Assembly (NCBI GenBank): GCA_965246965.1
Contig: CBDFGD010000001.1
Location: 516,705-580,704 of the forward strand
Direction: 5' to 3'
Length of the DNA: 64,000 bases
From: Vicinamibacteria bacterium
GTDB lineage: Bacteria > Acidobacteriota > Vicinamibacteria > Fen-336 > CBDFGD01
Positions within the stretch are counted from its first letter, which is position 1; each line of letters starts with the position of its first letter. The translations under genes were made by a program, and so were the position numbers. A model generated the notes under the pieces. The model was not told the origin of the DNA. It did no database searches and saw only the letters and a program-made list of their open reading frames with translations. This document shows, one piece after another, positions 31,479-41,664 of the stretch.

Positions 31479-32539
31479 CTACTTCTCGTAGAGCGCGGCG
31501 ATCAGGGCCCCCCGAGCCGTCGTCGTCAGCGGGTCGGCCGCCATCCGGACTTCGGAGATCTCGATGGGCAGGGACGTCCCACGCACCGCCTTCTCGAACA
31601 TGTCGCGGAAGCCCTTGGGCTTGGCAGTGCCGCCGGACAGCACGATCGGCAGCGGCCGATCGGCTCGCGGCAGCTGCTCGGCGCGGTTGAGGGACTGCTT
31701 CAGAGCACCGACGAGGCTGTGGATCAGGTCCTCGTAGTAGATCTGCAGCGCCTTCTCGTGCTTGCTCTTCGGGGAACGCGAGAGGTCGAGCCCCTCTTCC
31801 TTGATCAGCTTGACTCGTGTCGCCTGCTCGGCGAGCACAGACCCGGCCGAAGCGTCGATGAAGTCGCCGCCCTTGGTGATGCTGAACATGATCGACGGGA
31901 TCGAGAGGAAGGCGAGTGCGACGTTGCACATGCCGCCGCCACAGGAGATCCCGATGCCCGTGAAGTTGTCGTTCTCGAGCTCCGCGAACACGACGGCGAG
32001 ACCCTCGTTGATGGCCATCGCATCGTACCCGTAGCCCTCGAACACGCGCCGCATGCTGGCCTCGTGGTAGGTCAGCTCGGCGTCCTTGCCTGCAGCGGGG
32101 CCGGTACCGAGAAGGCCAGCGCCTCGCCTTTGGTGGCCGCCTTGGGCAGCATCTGCTTGAGGATGGCTTCGATGACCGACATCGCAGCCCGCTCACGCGG
32201 ATTGAGCAGCCCGTCCGCCATCGGACGCCGCGCCTCCGCGTTGAACATGTTGGCGAACCGCTCCGTCGCGGTGCCGTAGATCACCAGCTCCTCGTCTTCA
32301 CGGTAGTAGGCGATCTGGTTCTGCTCCAGGATCTTCTCCGTGAAACGGGAATGGGGGACCTGGAAGAAGGCGTTCAGCTCGGAACTCGCCTTCACGTCGT
32401 TGCCTGTCTTGCGAGCCACGACGATCTTGCTCGTGCCGACGTCTATGCCGATGGGGTTTGAATTGGTCTCAACCAACTTCTCGATCTCCTCCTGCGAGGC
32501 GGTGCTTGGTTTCCAAAGGTGGTCCTTCCGCTCGCTCAT
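31479..32539 (-). CDS. Actin-fold ATPase resembling haloarchaeal volactin (frameshift at about 32088)
   Basis: Phosphate-1 GIDVGT, RRPM..G, INEG.A, GIS.GGG..N, KGGDFID, LSGGT, ARGAL; restoring one G in CAG(G)GC joins the two ORFs. Confidence 0.82.
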
Positions 32540-32543
32540 CTGG

Positions 32544-33971
32544 TTAGTCTCCTTGACGTCGGTGATCGTCGAGCGACGCCTTGCGCTCGAGTTCTTCGTC
32601 CGCCTCCACCTGCTGCTCGCGCCACGTATCGTACAGGGCCTGGCGCTCTCGCCGTTGCTCCTCGAGCGAGCGTCCGCGCAGCTTCGCTTCACGCTCGAGC
32701 TGTCGCTCGGCGGCTTCCACTCCGGACCATGGACGTCCCATGATGGCCAGGAAATCGTCGTCGTACGAAAAACCGAAGAGGGCCACCGACGGGGCCGGGA
32801 CGTTGTACGCGTCCGTGAGGCCGAAGGCGGCGAACGGAAAACCGCGCGCCCAGTCGAGGTGGTGGCCGATCAGGTGGCTGCGCGGGTTCACGCTCGTGAT
32901 GCCGTGGGTGATGCCCATCTCCGCGGGAATCTCGTAGCGCTCCCGCAGATGCTCGGTGAGATTGCGACCCGCGGCGAACTGAGCCTGGGTGATCGGCAAG
33001 GCGAGGCCACCGTCCCACCGCGTCTCGAAACACACGCCGAGGAAGGAGTGGTTCAGGTTGAGGTAGACCGTGTCTCCATTGGCCCAGATCGAGTTGCCCG
33101 CGTGATTGGCCTTGGAGCCCTCCTCGACGGTGCGGAACACCCTGCCGAACCGGTCGATCACGTAGTTGTAGAGGGACTTGCGTCGGATATAGCGCAGCAG
33201 CCGATGACTCGAATCGCGCAGGCTCTCGTTGTACTCCGCCTCGAGCGGCCAGATGTCGCTCTCCGAAGTGTGGAACAGGATGCCGACGGGTTGCTTCCGC
33301 GGCTCACTGATGAGCCCGCTGCTCCGGCTGAAGACGTGATACGTACGCGGGGTGCCGGGGACGGCCATCTTGGTCTCGATGTGCAGCCCGTTGGAGTACT
33401 GCTCCCACTGAGCCCCTTCCTCGACCAGCCAGACGCGATCGGGGCGTTGGGGGAACGAGAGCCAGTCGAGGCTGGAGCTCTCTGCCACATCGCTCACGGA
33501 GTCAGCGCGAACTGTCGGTGCGGCGGTCGTGTCGGGTTCGTACAGGTGATACGTGCCGGCAAGGATCACTGCGCTGGCCGTGGCGGCGAAGGCGCCGGCG
33601 AACCAGCGGCGGTCGCCCAAAGGCTGGGGCGATCTGACCTTGTGCGGGCGGGTGGGGGCCCCACGGCGCCCCAGCGGAACCAGGGTCTCGTCGGGTCTGG
33701 TGTCGATGCCGCGCAGCATCCGGTGGCTGGGATAGCGGTAGATGACACGCCTGAGCGTCTTCGTGGGGACGGCCTCGACCTTCCGCTGTTGAGTCTCGCC
33801 CGCCTGCATCGAGGAGCGTAGATAGCGGAGCTTGCGGACGGGATCCCGGATTCCGCGGCTGACAGACTCGACCTCGGCCTCGAACTCTGCGCGCGGCACG
33901 GCAGGCGCCTCACGCCGCCCCGGCGCGCTGCGCGAGCGCGACGTCGGTCGATTCGTACTCCTCCCCGCCAT
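32544..33971 (-). CDS. Membrane-anchored N-acetylmuramoyl-L-alanine amidase (Amidase_2/PGRP-like) domain protein
   Basis: TM followed by GILFHTSE, YVIDRFG, ANHAG, N..FLGVCFE, ITHG. Confidence 0.78.
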   Translation of the reverse strand: MAGRSTNRPTSRSRSAPGRREAPAVPRAEFEAEVESVSRGIRDPVRKLRYLRSSMQAGETQQRKVEAVPTKTLRRVIYRYPSHRMLRGIDTRPDETLVPLGRRGAPTRPHKVRSPQPLGDRRWFAGAFAATASAVILAGTYHLYEPDTTAAPTVRADSVSDVAESSSLDWLSFPQRPDRVWLVEEGAQWEQYSNGLHIETKMAVPGTPRTYHVFSRSSGLISEPRKQPVGILFHTSESDIWPLEAEYNESLRDSSHRLLRYIRRKSLYNYVIDRFGRVFRTVEEGSKANHAGNSIWANGDTVYLNLNHSFLGVCFETRWDGGLALPITQAQFAAGRNLTEHLRERYEIPAEMGITHGITSVNPRSHLIGHHLDWARGFPFAAFGLTDAYNVPAPSVALFGFSYDDDFLAIMGRPWSGVEAAERQLEREAKLRGRSLEEQRRERQALYDTWREQQVEADEELERKASLDDHRRQGD

Positions 33972-34010
33972 GGGCCTATCGCCTTCTCAATGTGAGCTCT
34001 GCCGGTCGGA

Positions 34011-34487
34011 TTATAGGCCGGCGCTATTGCCGGAACAAGCTTTGCTGCTTGAGTTTGCGCGCTTCCTCGGCCCGCCGAGCGGGCGCGGAAACAGCAAGCT
34101 GGCCTCCGCTCGGCGGAGATACGGAATCAGCAACGCGCAGGAGGGTATGTGAAACAGGCTCTGCAGGACGATGGAGCGTGGGAACTCGACGGGAGCCTGG
34201 AAGAGAGCCATCCCGAGCACCACGACGTACGTAATCAGGACCGCCAGGCAATAGACCATCGCGATGGAGCGACAGAGCGCGATCCGCTGGTAGAGCCCGT
34301 ACGCCAGCAGGAAGTGGGCAACACCCCGAAACACCGCGTCCCAGATGGGCCAGAAGGCCAGCGCCTCGAGGTCGGCCAGCAGCGTCGCCATCTCGATGAG
34401 GCCCGCAAGGACGAAGAATCCCGATGTCACGATCACGCCACGCGGTCGTGGCTGGCGCAGCAGCGCAGCGTCGGCCGGGGAACTCAC
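34011..34487 (-). CDS. Hypothetical 4-TM membrane protein
   Basis: RPRGVIV start followed by four hydrophobic segments. Confidence 0.75.
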   Translation of the reverse strand: MSSPADAALLRQPRPRGVIVTSGFFVLAGLIEMATLLADLEALAFWPIWDAVFRGVAHFLLAYGLYQRIALCRSIAMVYCLAVLITYVVVLGMALFQAPVEFPRSIVLQSLFHIPSCALLIPYLRRAEASLLFPRPLGGPRKRANSSSKACSGNSAGL

Positions 34488-34587
34488 AGGGAATTATCGC
34501 CTACAATGGAGCGGCCCCTCGCGTTCAGCCCATTGGGCGCGGGACGAGGCGTCAAGCGGAGGCGGCGAAGCCACGGCGGGACCTTCT

Positions 34588-35544
34588 CTAGCGAGAGCGC
34601 GGACGCGGACGCTGCGCGATTACCCCGCCAGCGATCTGGGGGAGCTGCTCGAAGCCGAAGCGAGTCACTGGCAGCGCGAGCTGCAGTGGGACTACGCCGA
34701 GGTCTCCCAGGCGGTGGCGACCGGTCTCGACAAGCACAGCCTCGCGGGGCGCGTCCTGGAAGATGGTGCGCGGCCCGTCGCCTACTGCTACTACATGCGC
34801 GATGCCGACCGGGCGATCGTGGGCTCGCTGTTTGCACTCGCCGACTACCGGGGTGAAGGGCTCGAAGAGCAGCTTCTCGACGAGGTGCTCTGGGAAGCAC
34901 AGAACGACCCCGTCAACCGCAGGGTCGAGTGCCAGACCCTGTTCTCGACGACGCCGTTGGCTGACGCACGCTTCGCGGCGGCGGGTTTCACGAGTCGACC
35001 GCGACACTATCTGCATCGCGAGCTGGCAGGAGTCCCGCAGGTCCCGTCGACCGGAGTCCGTCTGCGGCATCTGCGAAAGCTGGATCTGGCGAGTGCCGCC
35101 CGCATCATCCACGCGAGCCACCAGAACACAGCCGATGCCGTGCTCAACACCACCTACGCGACGCCGCGACACTGCAAGGCCTTCGTCGAGACCGTCGTGC
35201 TCCGAAACGGCTGTGGCCAGTTCGATGCGGAGGCTTCCTTCCTCGCGGAGGACGCGCACGGCCCCGTCGCCGTTCTGCTGTCGAGCCGCCTCGCGCCGAG
35301 CAACGGCCACATCTGTCAGGTTTCGGTCGACCCGCAGGCGCAGGGGCGAGGCTACGGGTCCGAGCTCCTCGCCGCCGCGCTGGACGCCATGAGGCGCTCC
35401 GGCGTGGCCGCTTCGAGCCTGTCCGTCACGGTCGGCAACCGGCCCGCCTATCGACTCTACGAGCGGTTCGGGTTCGGCCTGAGGCGAGGCTTTGCTGCGC
35501 ACGCCTGGGCGCGGCCACCCGAGCGGATCGAGCTGAAGGATTGA
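34588..35544 (+). CDS. Tandem GNAT N-acetyltransferase (start unresolved)
   Basis: YRGEGL and QGRGYG acetyl-CoA motifs, N.PA..LYERFGF. Confidence 0.85.
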   Translation, partial: LARARTRTLRDYPASDLGELLEAEASHWQRELQWDYAEVSQAVATGLDKHSLAGRVLEDGARPVAYCYYMRDADRAIVGSLFALADYRGEGLEEQLLDEVLWEAQNDPVNRRVECQTLFSTTPLADARFAAAGFTSRPRHYLHRELAGVPQVPSTGVRLRHLRKLDLASAARIIHASHQNTADAVLNTTYATPRHCKAFVETVVLRNGCGQFDAEASFLAEDAHGPVAVLLSSRLAPSNGHICQVSVDPQAQGRGYGSELLAAALDAMRRSGVAASSLSVTVGNRPAYRLYERFGFGLRRGFAAHAWARPPERIELKD

Positions 35545-36473
35545 CCGGCCTCGCCGCCCTGGCGGTCGTCGCGACCCTGACGACGCCGAGCGTGCTCGTG
35601 CTGCCCGTCGAGGGCGAAGTCGCCGATCAGCCCTGGCTCGTCGGCGCAATCGCGCAGCGACTCCCGGTGGCCCTCGAGTGGATGGGGATCCGGGCGGTGC
35701 GGGATAGTCAGCGCCGCAGCGCCCTGGAGCAGCTCGAGCTGCCGGACGTTCCTCTGGGACTCGCGACCGCGATGCGCCTGGCGGACTCGCTGGGCGCTGG
35801 TCGGATCGTCTTTGGTGAGGTTCAGGCCACGGGGGAGACCGTGACCCTCCAATTGCGAGTGCTCGACGTCGAGCGGGCGAGCCTCTCGTCGGTGTCGGAG
35901 ATCACCGCCGGTGTGACCGAAGTGGGTCGCCTGGTTGATGCCGCGGCGACCGAAGTCGGTTCGCTTGCCGGTCTCGCAGTCATCCGGGATGCTGCGGATC
36001 GTTGGCCCCCCGGGGCGGCGCGGGCGCGTTTCCTTCTCGCTCGCAGCATCGGCGAGGCAGATCCCGAAAGCGCGGCGCGCGATCTCGACGATGCGATCGG
36101 AATCGCCCCGGACGTCGCCGAGCTTCGCGTCTGGCTGGGACGCCGCTTGATCGAGGGCGGCGACCTCGAGGCGGCGCTCGGGCATCTCACCCAGGCCGTC
36201 CTGATCGACCCCTACTCGGCCGATGCCCACCTCCTGCTCGCGCGTGTCCACCGCTCTCGCGATGACACCGAGGCCGCGCTCAACGAGCTGCGGACGTCCC
36301 TGTGGTCTCGAGAACGCGCGTCTGTGAGAATCGAGCTGATGCGAATGCTGCTGGAGCTGGGACGGGAGAACGAGGCGCGCCTCGAGGCGGTTCACGTCTT
36401 GAAGGTGATGCCGGGCAACGCCGAAGCGCGCGAGCTCGTGGGAGAGGCTCAGCCGGAGGCACAGGCCAAGTGA
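35541..36473 (+). CDS. TPR-repeat protein
   Basis: C-terminal TPR-like repeats (DPYSADAHLLLA, PGNAEA); overlaps both neighbours. Confidence 0.75.
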   Translation: MTGLAALAVVATLTTPSVLVLPVEGEVADQPWLVGAIAQRLPVALEWMGIRAVRDSQRRSALEQLELPDVPLGLATAMRLADSLGAGRIVFGEVQATGETVTLQLRVLDVERASLSSVSEITAGVTEVGRLVDAAATEVGSLAGLAVIRDAADRWPPGAARARFLLARSIGEADPESAARDLDDAIGIAPDVAELRVWLGRRLIEGGDLEAALGHLTQAVLIDPYSADAHLLLARVHRSRDDTEAALNELRTSLWSRERASVRIELMRMLLELGRENEARLEAVHVLKVMPGNAEARELVGEAQPEAQAK

Positions 36474-37066
36474 GAGTACGCCTGGCTGCGATGGCGATCG
36501 TCGGAGCGGTGGCGGTCTCCCAGGCCTTCTCTCAGCAGTCCGCGCCGCCGTCCCCTACGCACGAAGCGGAGGCGCTGCATTCGAAGCTATTGGCGCTGAA
36601 GAAGCGACGTACACCCGATGCGCCGCCAGCGGGCCAGCTTCCGGTTTCGGCGAGCGAGCTGAATTCCTACCTGAAGTCGCGCTTCGTAGTACTGCCCGAA
36701 GGCGTCAGCGACGTCCAGTTCAGTTTCGACAAGGATCGGGTCACGGGTCGCGCACTGGTGGACGTCGACTACTGGGCGCGTCGGCTCCCCGAGGGCACTG
36801 GGATTCCAGTCGGGGCCCTGAGTGGCGGCGTTCAGATCGTTCTGGGCGGCAGGCTCCAGGCTGACAGCGGGTTCGGTCGCTTCCACCTCGAAGAAGTGTC
36901 GCTCGGCCCCTTTCCGATTCCGGTCTCGGCCGTCGCCAGCCTCGTATCCACGGCCACTCGCACTGAAGGCGATCCGGTGGGCTTCGACATCGAAGCGCCG
37001 TTCCGCCTCCCGTACTCGATGCGGAGCGTGCGCCTGGAGCCCGGCATGGCCTGGCTCCGGTTCTGA
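36470..37066 (+). CDS. Hypothetical secreted protein
   Basis: Signal peptide, ELNSYL, PFRLPY; GTGA coupling. Confidence 0.7.
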   Translation: MRVRLAAMAIVGAVAVSQAFSQQSAPPSPTHEAEALHSKLLALKKRRTPDAPPAGQLPVSASELNSYLKSRFVVLPEGVSDVQFSFDKDRVTGRALVDVDYWARRLPEGTGIPVGALSGGVQIVLGGRLQADSGFGRFHLEEVSLGPFPIPVSAVASLVSTATRTEGDPVGFDIEAPFRLPYSMRSVRLEPGMAWLRF

Positions 37067-37070
37067 GGAT

Positions 37071-37238
37071 CCGGGAGCGGGCGAAGGTTCGTCATCCCGA
37101 GCGGGATCGGGTTGATGCGAGTCGCGAGGGAGCCCGTCGCGTGACCCGCTGATGGCGCGCGGAGGATGCCAGAGGAGTGATCTCACCTCGCTGGCTCCTT
37201 CACTCCCGCCTCCCGGCAGATCACGCTCAGGATGACGA
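37071..37238. repeat. REP-like element bounded by GTCATCCYGAGCG inverted repeats
   Basis: TCGTCATCCCGAGCGGGATC (37089) and GATCACGCTCAGGATGACGA (ends 37238). Confidence 0.7.
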
Positions 37239-37288
37239 CCAGGGGCGACGGCCCCCACGCTGACCCTCACCGTGGGATCATCGCTTCG

Positions 37289-39373
37289 ATGGAATTGGGA
37301 AGCCCGGTCCAGTTCGTCAAGGGTGTCGGGCCCAAACGTGCCGACGGTCTAGCCAAGCAGGGAATCTCTACAATCGAGGATCTGCTGCTGCATCTGCCGA
37401 TGCGCTACGAGGACCGCAGCCAGGTGGCGCGGATCGCGGATCTCCGGGCGGGCACCAAGGCCACGATCCGGGGTGTCGTCGCGGCCGCGGGCGCCCGTCG
37501 TACCCGGCGCATGGCGCTCTTCGAGGCGCTCATCGATGACGGCTCCGGCCATATCAACGTCATCTGGTTCAATCAGCCCTACCTGAAAGACGTCCTCGAA
37601 CGCGGCAAGGCCGTCATACTCCACGGCAAGGTCGAGCCCGACACCGCTGGCCGGAGGCGGCTCGTCATGCCGTCGCCCGAGTACGAGCTGCTGGCGGACG
37701 AGTCGCAAGAGAGCGCCCACGCGGGCCGCATCGTTCCCGTCTACGAGAAGCTCGGTCCGCTCTCGCCGAAGCTGTTGCGCCGCACGCTTGCGGCGCTCGC
37801 CGGAGCCGTCGCAGACGACCTTGCGGACCCGTTGCCGCGATCCGTGCTCGTGAAGTTGGGGCTGATGCCCCGCGCCGCGGCCCTTCGCCAGGTTCACCTG
37901 CCGCCCACCGGCACGTCACTCGAGGCTCTGAACCGCTTCCGGAGCGACGCCCACCGTCGTCTGATCTTCGAGGAGTTCTTTCTCTTTCAGCTCGGCCTGG
38001 CTAGCCGCCGTCGCGAGCGCAACACGGCGACCAAGGCCACGCGGATCGTCGTCACCGATCGCACGCGGGAAGCCGTCAAGCGGATTCTGCCGTTCCACCT
38101 CACCGGAGCTCAGAGGCGGGTCCTCAAGGAGATTGCAGACGACCTGCAGTCCGAGCATCCGATGAACCGACTCGTTCTGGGCGATGTCGGATCGGGCAAG
38201 ACGATGATCGCGCTGCTCTCGATGGTCGTCGCCGTCGAGAACGGCTTTCAGGCCGCGATCATGGCGCCTACGGAGATCCTCGCCGAGCAGCACTACATCA
38301 CGACACGCCGCCTGCTCGAAGAATGCGCCTACCGGGTCGAGCTGCTCACCTCCACACGGGCCGGCAAGCGTGAAGTCCTGGAGCGCATTGCCAGTGGCGA
38401 GGCGCAAATCGTCGTGGGCACCCACGCCTTGATCCAGGAGCGGGTCCGATTCGACCGGCTGGGAATCGCCGTGATCGACGAGCAGCACCGCTTCGGGGTC
38501 GTGCAGCGAGAGGAGCTGCAACGCAAGGGTTACGACGTCGACATTCTCGTGATGACGGCGACGCCGATTCCCCGGAGTCTGGCGCTGACGGCCTACGGGG
38601 ACCTCGATCTCTCGACCGTCGACGAGCTCCCACCCGGGCGGCGACCGATCCGCACCATCCTGCACCGCCGCTCCGACCGGCGCGGCCTGGCACGCCTCGT
38701 CGAGAGCGAGGTCGAGGCCGGCCACCAGGGATACGTCGTCTATCCGCTCGTCGAGGAATCGGAAAAGCTCGAGCAGCTCAGCGCCGCGACAGACATGGTC
38801 GCGGAGTGGCGAGCCGCGTTGCCGGGCCACGCCGTCGGCCTGCTGCACGGGCGCATGGCAAGCGCCGAGAAAGAGCAGACGATGGCCGCGTTCGGCGCCG
38901 GAGATCTGCGTCTACTGGTGGCGACCACGGTGATCGAGGTCGGTATCGACGTCGCGAACGCGACGATCATGGTCATCGAGCACGCGGATCGATTCGGTCT
39001 GGCGCAGCTCCACCAGCTGCGCGGTCGCGTGGGACGCGGCGACGTCGCGTCGACCTGTGTGTTGGTCCGCCCGCCGCAACCGTCGCGGGAGGCGAAGCAG
39101 CGGCTCGACGTGATGGCTCGCTGCGAGGACGGATTCGCGATCGCGGAGAAGGATCTGGAGATCCGCGGTCCCGGGGACTTCTTCGGCACCCGGCAGTCCG
39201 GCATCCCGACGCTCCGGGTGAGCCACCTGATCCGCGACCGCGACCTGCTCGCGCTCGCCCAGCGCGAGGCTCGCCGCTACGTCGACGAGAGCGCTGAGCT
39301 GGATCCGCAGCTCCAGGAGTTTCTCGCAGACGGTGCTTGGGGGGAACGCTTCGGGCTCGCCCGGGTCGGGTAG
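37289..39373 (+). CDS. recG: ATP-dependent DNA helicase RecG
   Basis: KGVGPK, P.RYEDR, GDVGSGKT, DEQHRFGV, MTATPIPR, QLRGRVGRG, RGPG. Confidence 0.97.
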   Translation: MELGSPVQFVKGVGPKRADGLAKQGISTIEDLLLHLPMRYEDRSQVARIADLRAGTKATIRGVVAAAGARRTRRMALFEALIDDGSGHINVIWFNQPYLKDVLERGKAVILHGKVEPDTAGRRRLVMPSPEYELLADESQESAHAGRIVPVYEKLGPLSPKLLRRTLAALAGAVADDLADPLPRSVLVKLGLMPRAAALRQVHLPPTGTSLEALNRFRSDAHRRLIFEEFFLFQLGLASRRRERNTATKATRIVVTDRTREAVKRILPFHLTGAQRRVLKEIADDLQSEHPMNRLVLGDVGSGKTMIALLSMVVAVENGFQAAIMAPTEILAEQHYITTRRLLEECAYRVELLTSTRAGKREVLERIASGEAQIVVGTHALIQERVRFDRLGIAVIDEQHRFGVVQREELQRKGYDVDILVMTATPIPRSLALTAYGDLDLSTVDELPPGRRPIRTILHRRSDRRGLARLVESEVEAGHQGYVVYPLVEESEKLEQLSAATDMVAEWRAALPGHAVGLLHGRMASAEKEQTMAAFGAGDLRLLVATTVIEVGIDVANATIMVIEHADRFGLAQLHQLRGRVGRGDVASTCVLVRPPQPSREAKQRLDVMARCEDGFAIAEKDLEIRGPGDFFGTRQSGIPTLRVSHLIRDRDLLALAQREARRYVDESAELDPQLQEFLADGAWGERFGLARVG

Positions 39374-39378
39374 ACAAG

Positions 39379-39951
39379 TTGAGCAGGGTGATCGGCGGAA
39401 GCGGAAAAGGTCGCCGGCTGCACGCGCCAAGAGGCGACGTCACGCGACCCACGGCGGCGCGCGTGCGGCAGACGCTCTTCGACATCCTGGCTCCGCGCGT
39501 GCCCGGCGCCCGCTTCCTCGACCTGTTCGCCGGAAGCGGAGCGATCGGCATCGAAGCGCTTTCCCGGGGTGCCTCGCGGGCGGTGTTCGTCGAGCCGCGG
39601 CGTGAAGCCGTGGCCGCGATCCGCCGGAACCTCAAGGAGCTGGGCGCCGATGACGCCACGTATCGCGTCGTGCGTTGCGAAGCGCTTCGGGCGATCGACG
39701 ATTTCGCGCGAGCCGGAGAGAGCTTCGATCTCGTTTTCATGGATCCTCCCTACGCCGGCGACGACTACGAGCCGACGCTGAAGAAGCTCGACGATGCCTC
39801 GCTCGTGGCGCCCGGAGGCTGGGTGATCGCCGAGCATTTCCACAAACGCGCACTCCCGGTGAGAATAGGCCGTCTCCGCGTCGTGCGATCGGTACGCGTC
39901 GGCGATCATCTCTTGACACTTCTCGAGCCCACCGACGCGACGCCCGAATGA
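39379..39951 (+). CDS. rsmD: 16S rRNA m2G966 methyltransferase RsmD
   Basis: RPT, LDLFAGSGAIGIEALSRGA, DPPY. Confidence 0.95.
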   Translation: MSRVIGGSGKGRRLHAPRGDVTRPTAARVRQTLFDILAPRVPGARFLDLFAGSGAIGIEALSRGASRAVFVEPRREAVAAIRRNLKELGADDATYRVVRCEALRAIDDFARAGESFDLVFMDPPYAGDDYEPTLKKLDDASLVAPGGWVIAEHFHKRALPVRIGRLRVVRSVRVGDHLLTLLEPTDATPE

Positions 39952-40442
39952 CCGACGACTCTCCCAAGATCGCCGTTTTCCCAGGCTCCTTCGACCCTCT
40001 GACGAACGGCCATCTGGATCTCATCCGGAGGGGCGTTTCCGTCTTCGATCGGGTGATCGTCGCGATCCTGGTGAACCCGGAGAAGCATCCGCTGCTGAGC
40101 GTGGAGGATCGGGCTGCGCTGATTCGCGACGTGCTGTCGGACGAGCCCCGCGTCAGTGTCGACACCTTCTCGGGCCTCCTCGTCGACTATGCGGTGAAGG
40201 TCGAGGCCAAGGTCATCATCCGTGGGCTTCGCGCCATTTCGGACTACGAATACGAATTTCAGATGGCGCTGATGAACAGGCGGCTGAATCCGGCGATCGA
40301 GACGGCGTTCATGATGCCTGCGGAACAGTACTCTTACGTCTCGTCGCGGCTCGTAAAAGAGGTGAGCCAGCTTGGAGGCGAGGTTCGCGGACTGGTACCC
40401 GAGCCCGTCGAGCGGATGCTCGCGCGCCTGCGGGAAGAATGA
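39948..40442 (+). CDS. coaD: Phosphopantetheine adenylyltransferase
   Basis: PGSFDPLTNGH, RGLRAISDYEYE, SSRLVKE. Confidence 0.97.
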   Translation: MTDDSPKIAVFPGSFDPLTNGHLDLIRRGVSVFDRVIVAILVNPEKHPLLSVEDRAALIRDVLSDEPRVSVDTFSGLLVDYAVKVEAKVIIRGLRAISDYEYEFQMALMNRRLNPAIETAFMMPAEQYSYVSSRLVKEVSQLGGEVRGLVPEPVERMLARLREE

Positions 40443-40455
40443 TGAGGAGGTGGGG

Positions 40456-41664
40456 GTGAGAAGAAGCCGATCGACGCCGTCGCTGTCTCGTCGGATTCGG
40501 AGCGTCGAGCTCTCGGCGACGATAGCGATGGCCCAGAGAGCGGGTGCGCTGCGGCGAGCCGGCCAGGAGATCCTGGACTTCAGCGTCGGAGAGCCGGACC
40601 AGCCCACGCCGACGCACGTGATTCGCGCCGCCGAGCGCGCGATGCGTGCCGGCCACACGAAGTACACACCGGCCGCCGGGATCCCCGAGCTGCGCGAGGC
40701 TGTGGCGATGCGCTACCGCGAGGACTTCGGCGCGCGCTTCGAGCCCTCACAGGTCGTGATCTGCAACGGCGGGAAGCAGGCGCTCTACAACGCGTACCAA
40801 TGCCTCCTCAATCAGGGTGACGAGGTCATCATCCCGACACCGTGTTGGCCGACGTTCGTTGAGGGCGCGCGGCTGGCCGGCGGGCGTCCGGTCCTACTCG
40901 AGACGCACGAACGCCACGGGTTCAGGCTGACGGCACGGGCCGTCGAGAAGGCAGTCGGGCCAAGGACGCGGGCGCTGCTTGTGAATACGCCTTCAAATCC
41001 GACGGGAGCGGCGGTGGCAGACGCTCAGCTACTCGAGATCGCCCGAGTCGTGCGGCGCCACGACATGACCCTTCTTTTCGACGATACGTACGGTCTGCTC
41101 CGGCTCGACGGCCGACGTACGCGGATTGGCCGCCTCCAGAAGCTCCTGGGAGATCAGTTGGTGGTGCTGGGGACGGCGTCCAAGTGCTACTGCATGACCG
41201 GTTGGCGGATCGGCTGGCTGCTCGGCAGCCAATCCCTCGTCGCGGCCACCTCCGCGCTGATCTCTCACAGCACGCAGCATCCGAGCAGCTTCGCCCAGCA
41301 TGGCGCCGTGGCTGCGCTGACCGGCTCGCAGAAGAACGTGGTGTTACGCGAGCGCGAATTTCGGGCCCGGGCCGAGCTGATCTATCCGAGACTCAAGGCC
41401 ATCGAGGGACTCTCCTGCGTGAAGCCCGCCGGCGGCTTCTATTTTTTCCCCAACGTGAAGCGGTTGCTCACCAAGGCGTGCCCTTCGACCCTCGAGCTGT
41501 CGATGCGGCTGCTCGAGGAGGAGCATCTGGCGGTCGTGCCCGGAGAAGGATTCGCGGCGCCGGGCTACCTTCGCATCTCTTTCGCCCGCGGTCGTCGAGA
41601 GCTGCGCGATGGCGTTCGACGCTTCGGCCTCTTCGTCGACGCCTTGAGGAACGGTCGTGGTTGA
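40456..41664 (+). CDS. Class I/II PLP-dependent aminotransferase (aspartate aminotransferase-like)
   Basis: GEPD, GGKQA, PSNPTG, DDTY, SKCYCMTGWRIG. Confidence 0.92.
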   Translation: MRRSRSTPSLSRRIRSVELSATIAMAQRAGALRRAGQEILDFSVGEPDQPTPTHVIRAAERAMRAGHTKYTPAAGIPELREAVAMRYREDFGARFEPSQVVICNGGKQALYNAYQCLLNQGDEVIIPTPCWPTFVEGARLAGGRPVLLETHERHGFRLTARAVEKAVGPRTRALLVNTPSNPTGAAVADAQLLEIARVVRRHDMTLLFDDTYGLLRLDGRRTRIGRLQKLLGDQLVVLGTASKCYCMTGWRIGWLLGSQSLVAATSALISHSTQHPSSFAQHGAVAALTGSQKNVVLREREFRARAELIYPRLKAIEGLSCVKPAGGFYFFPNVKRLLTKACPSTLELSMRLLEEEHLAVVPGEGFAAPGYLRISFARGRRELRDGVRRFGLFVDALRNGRG

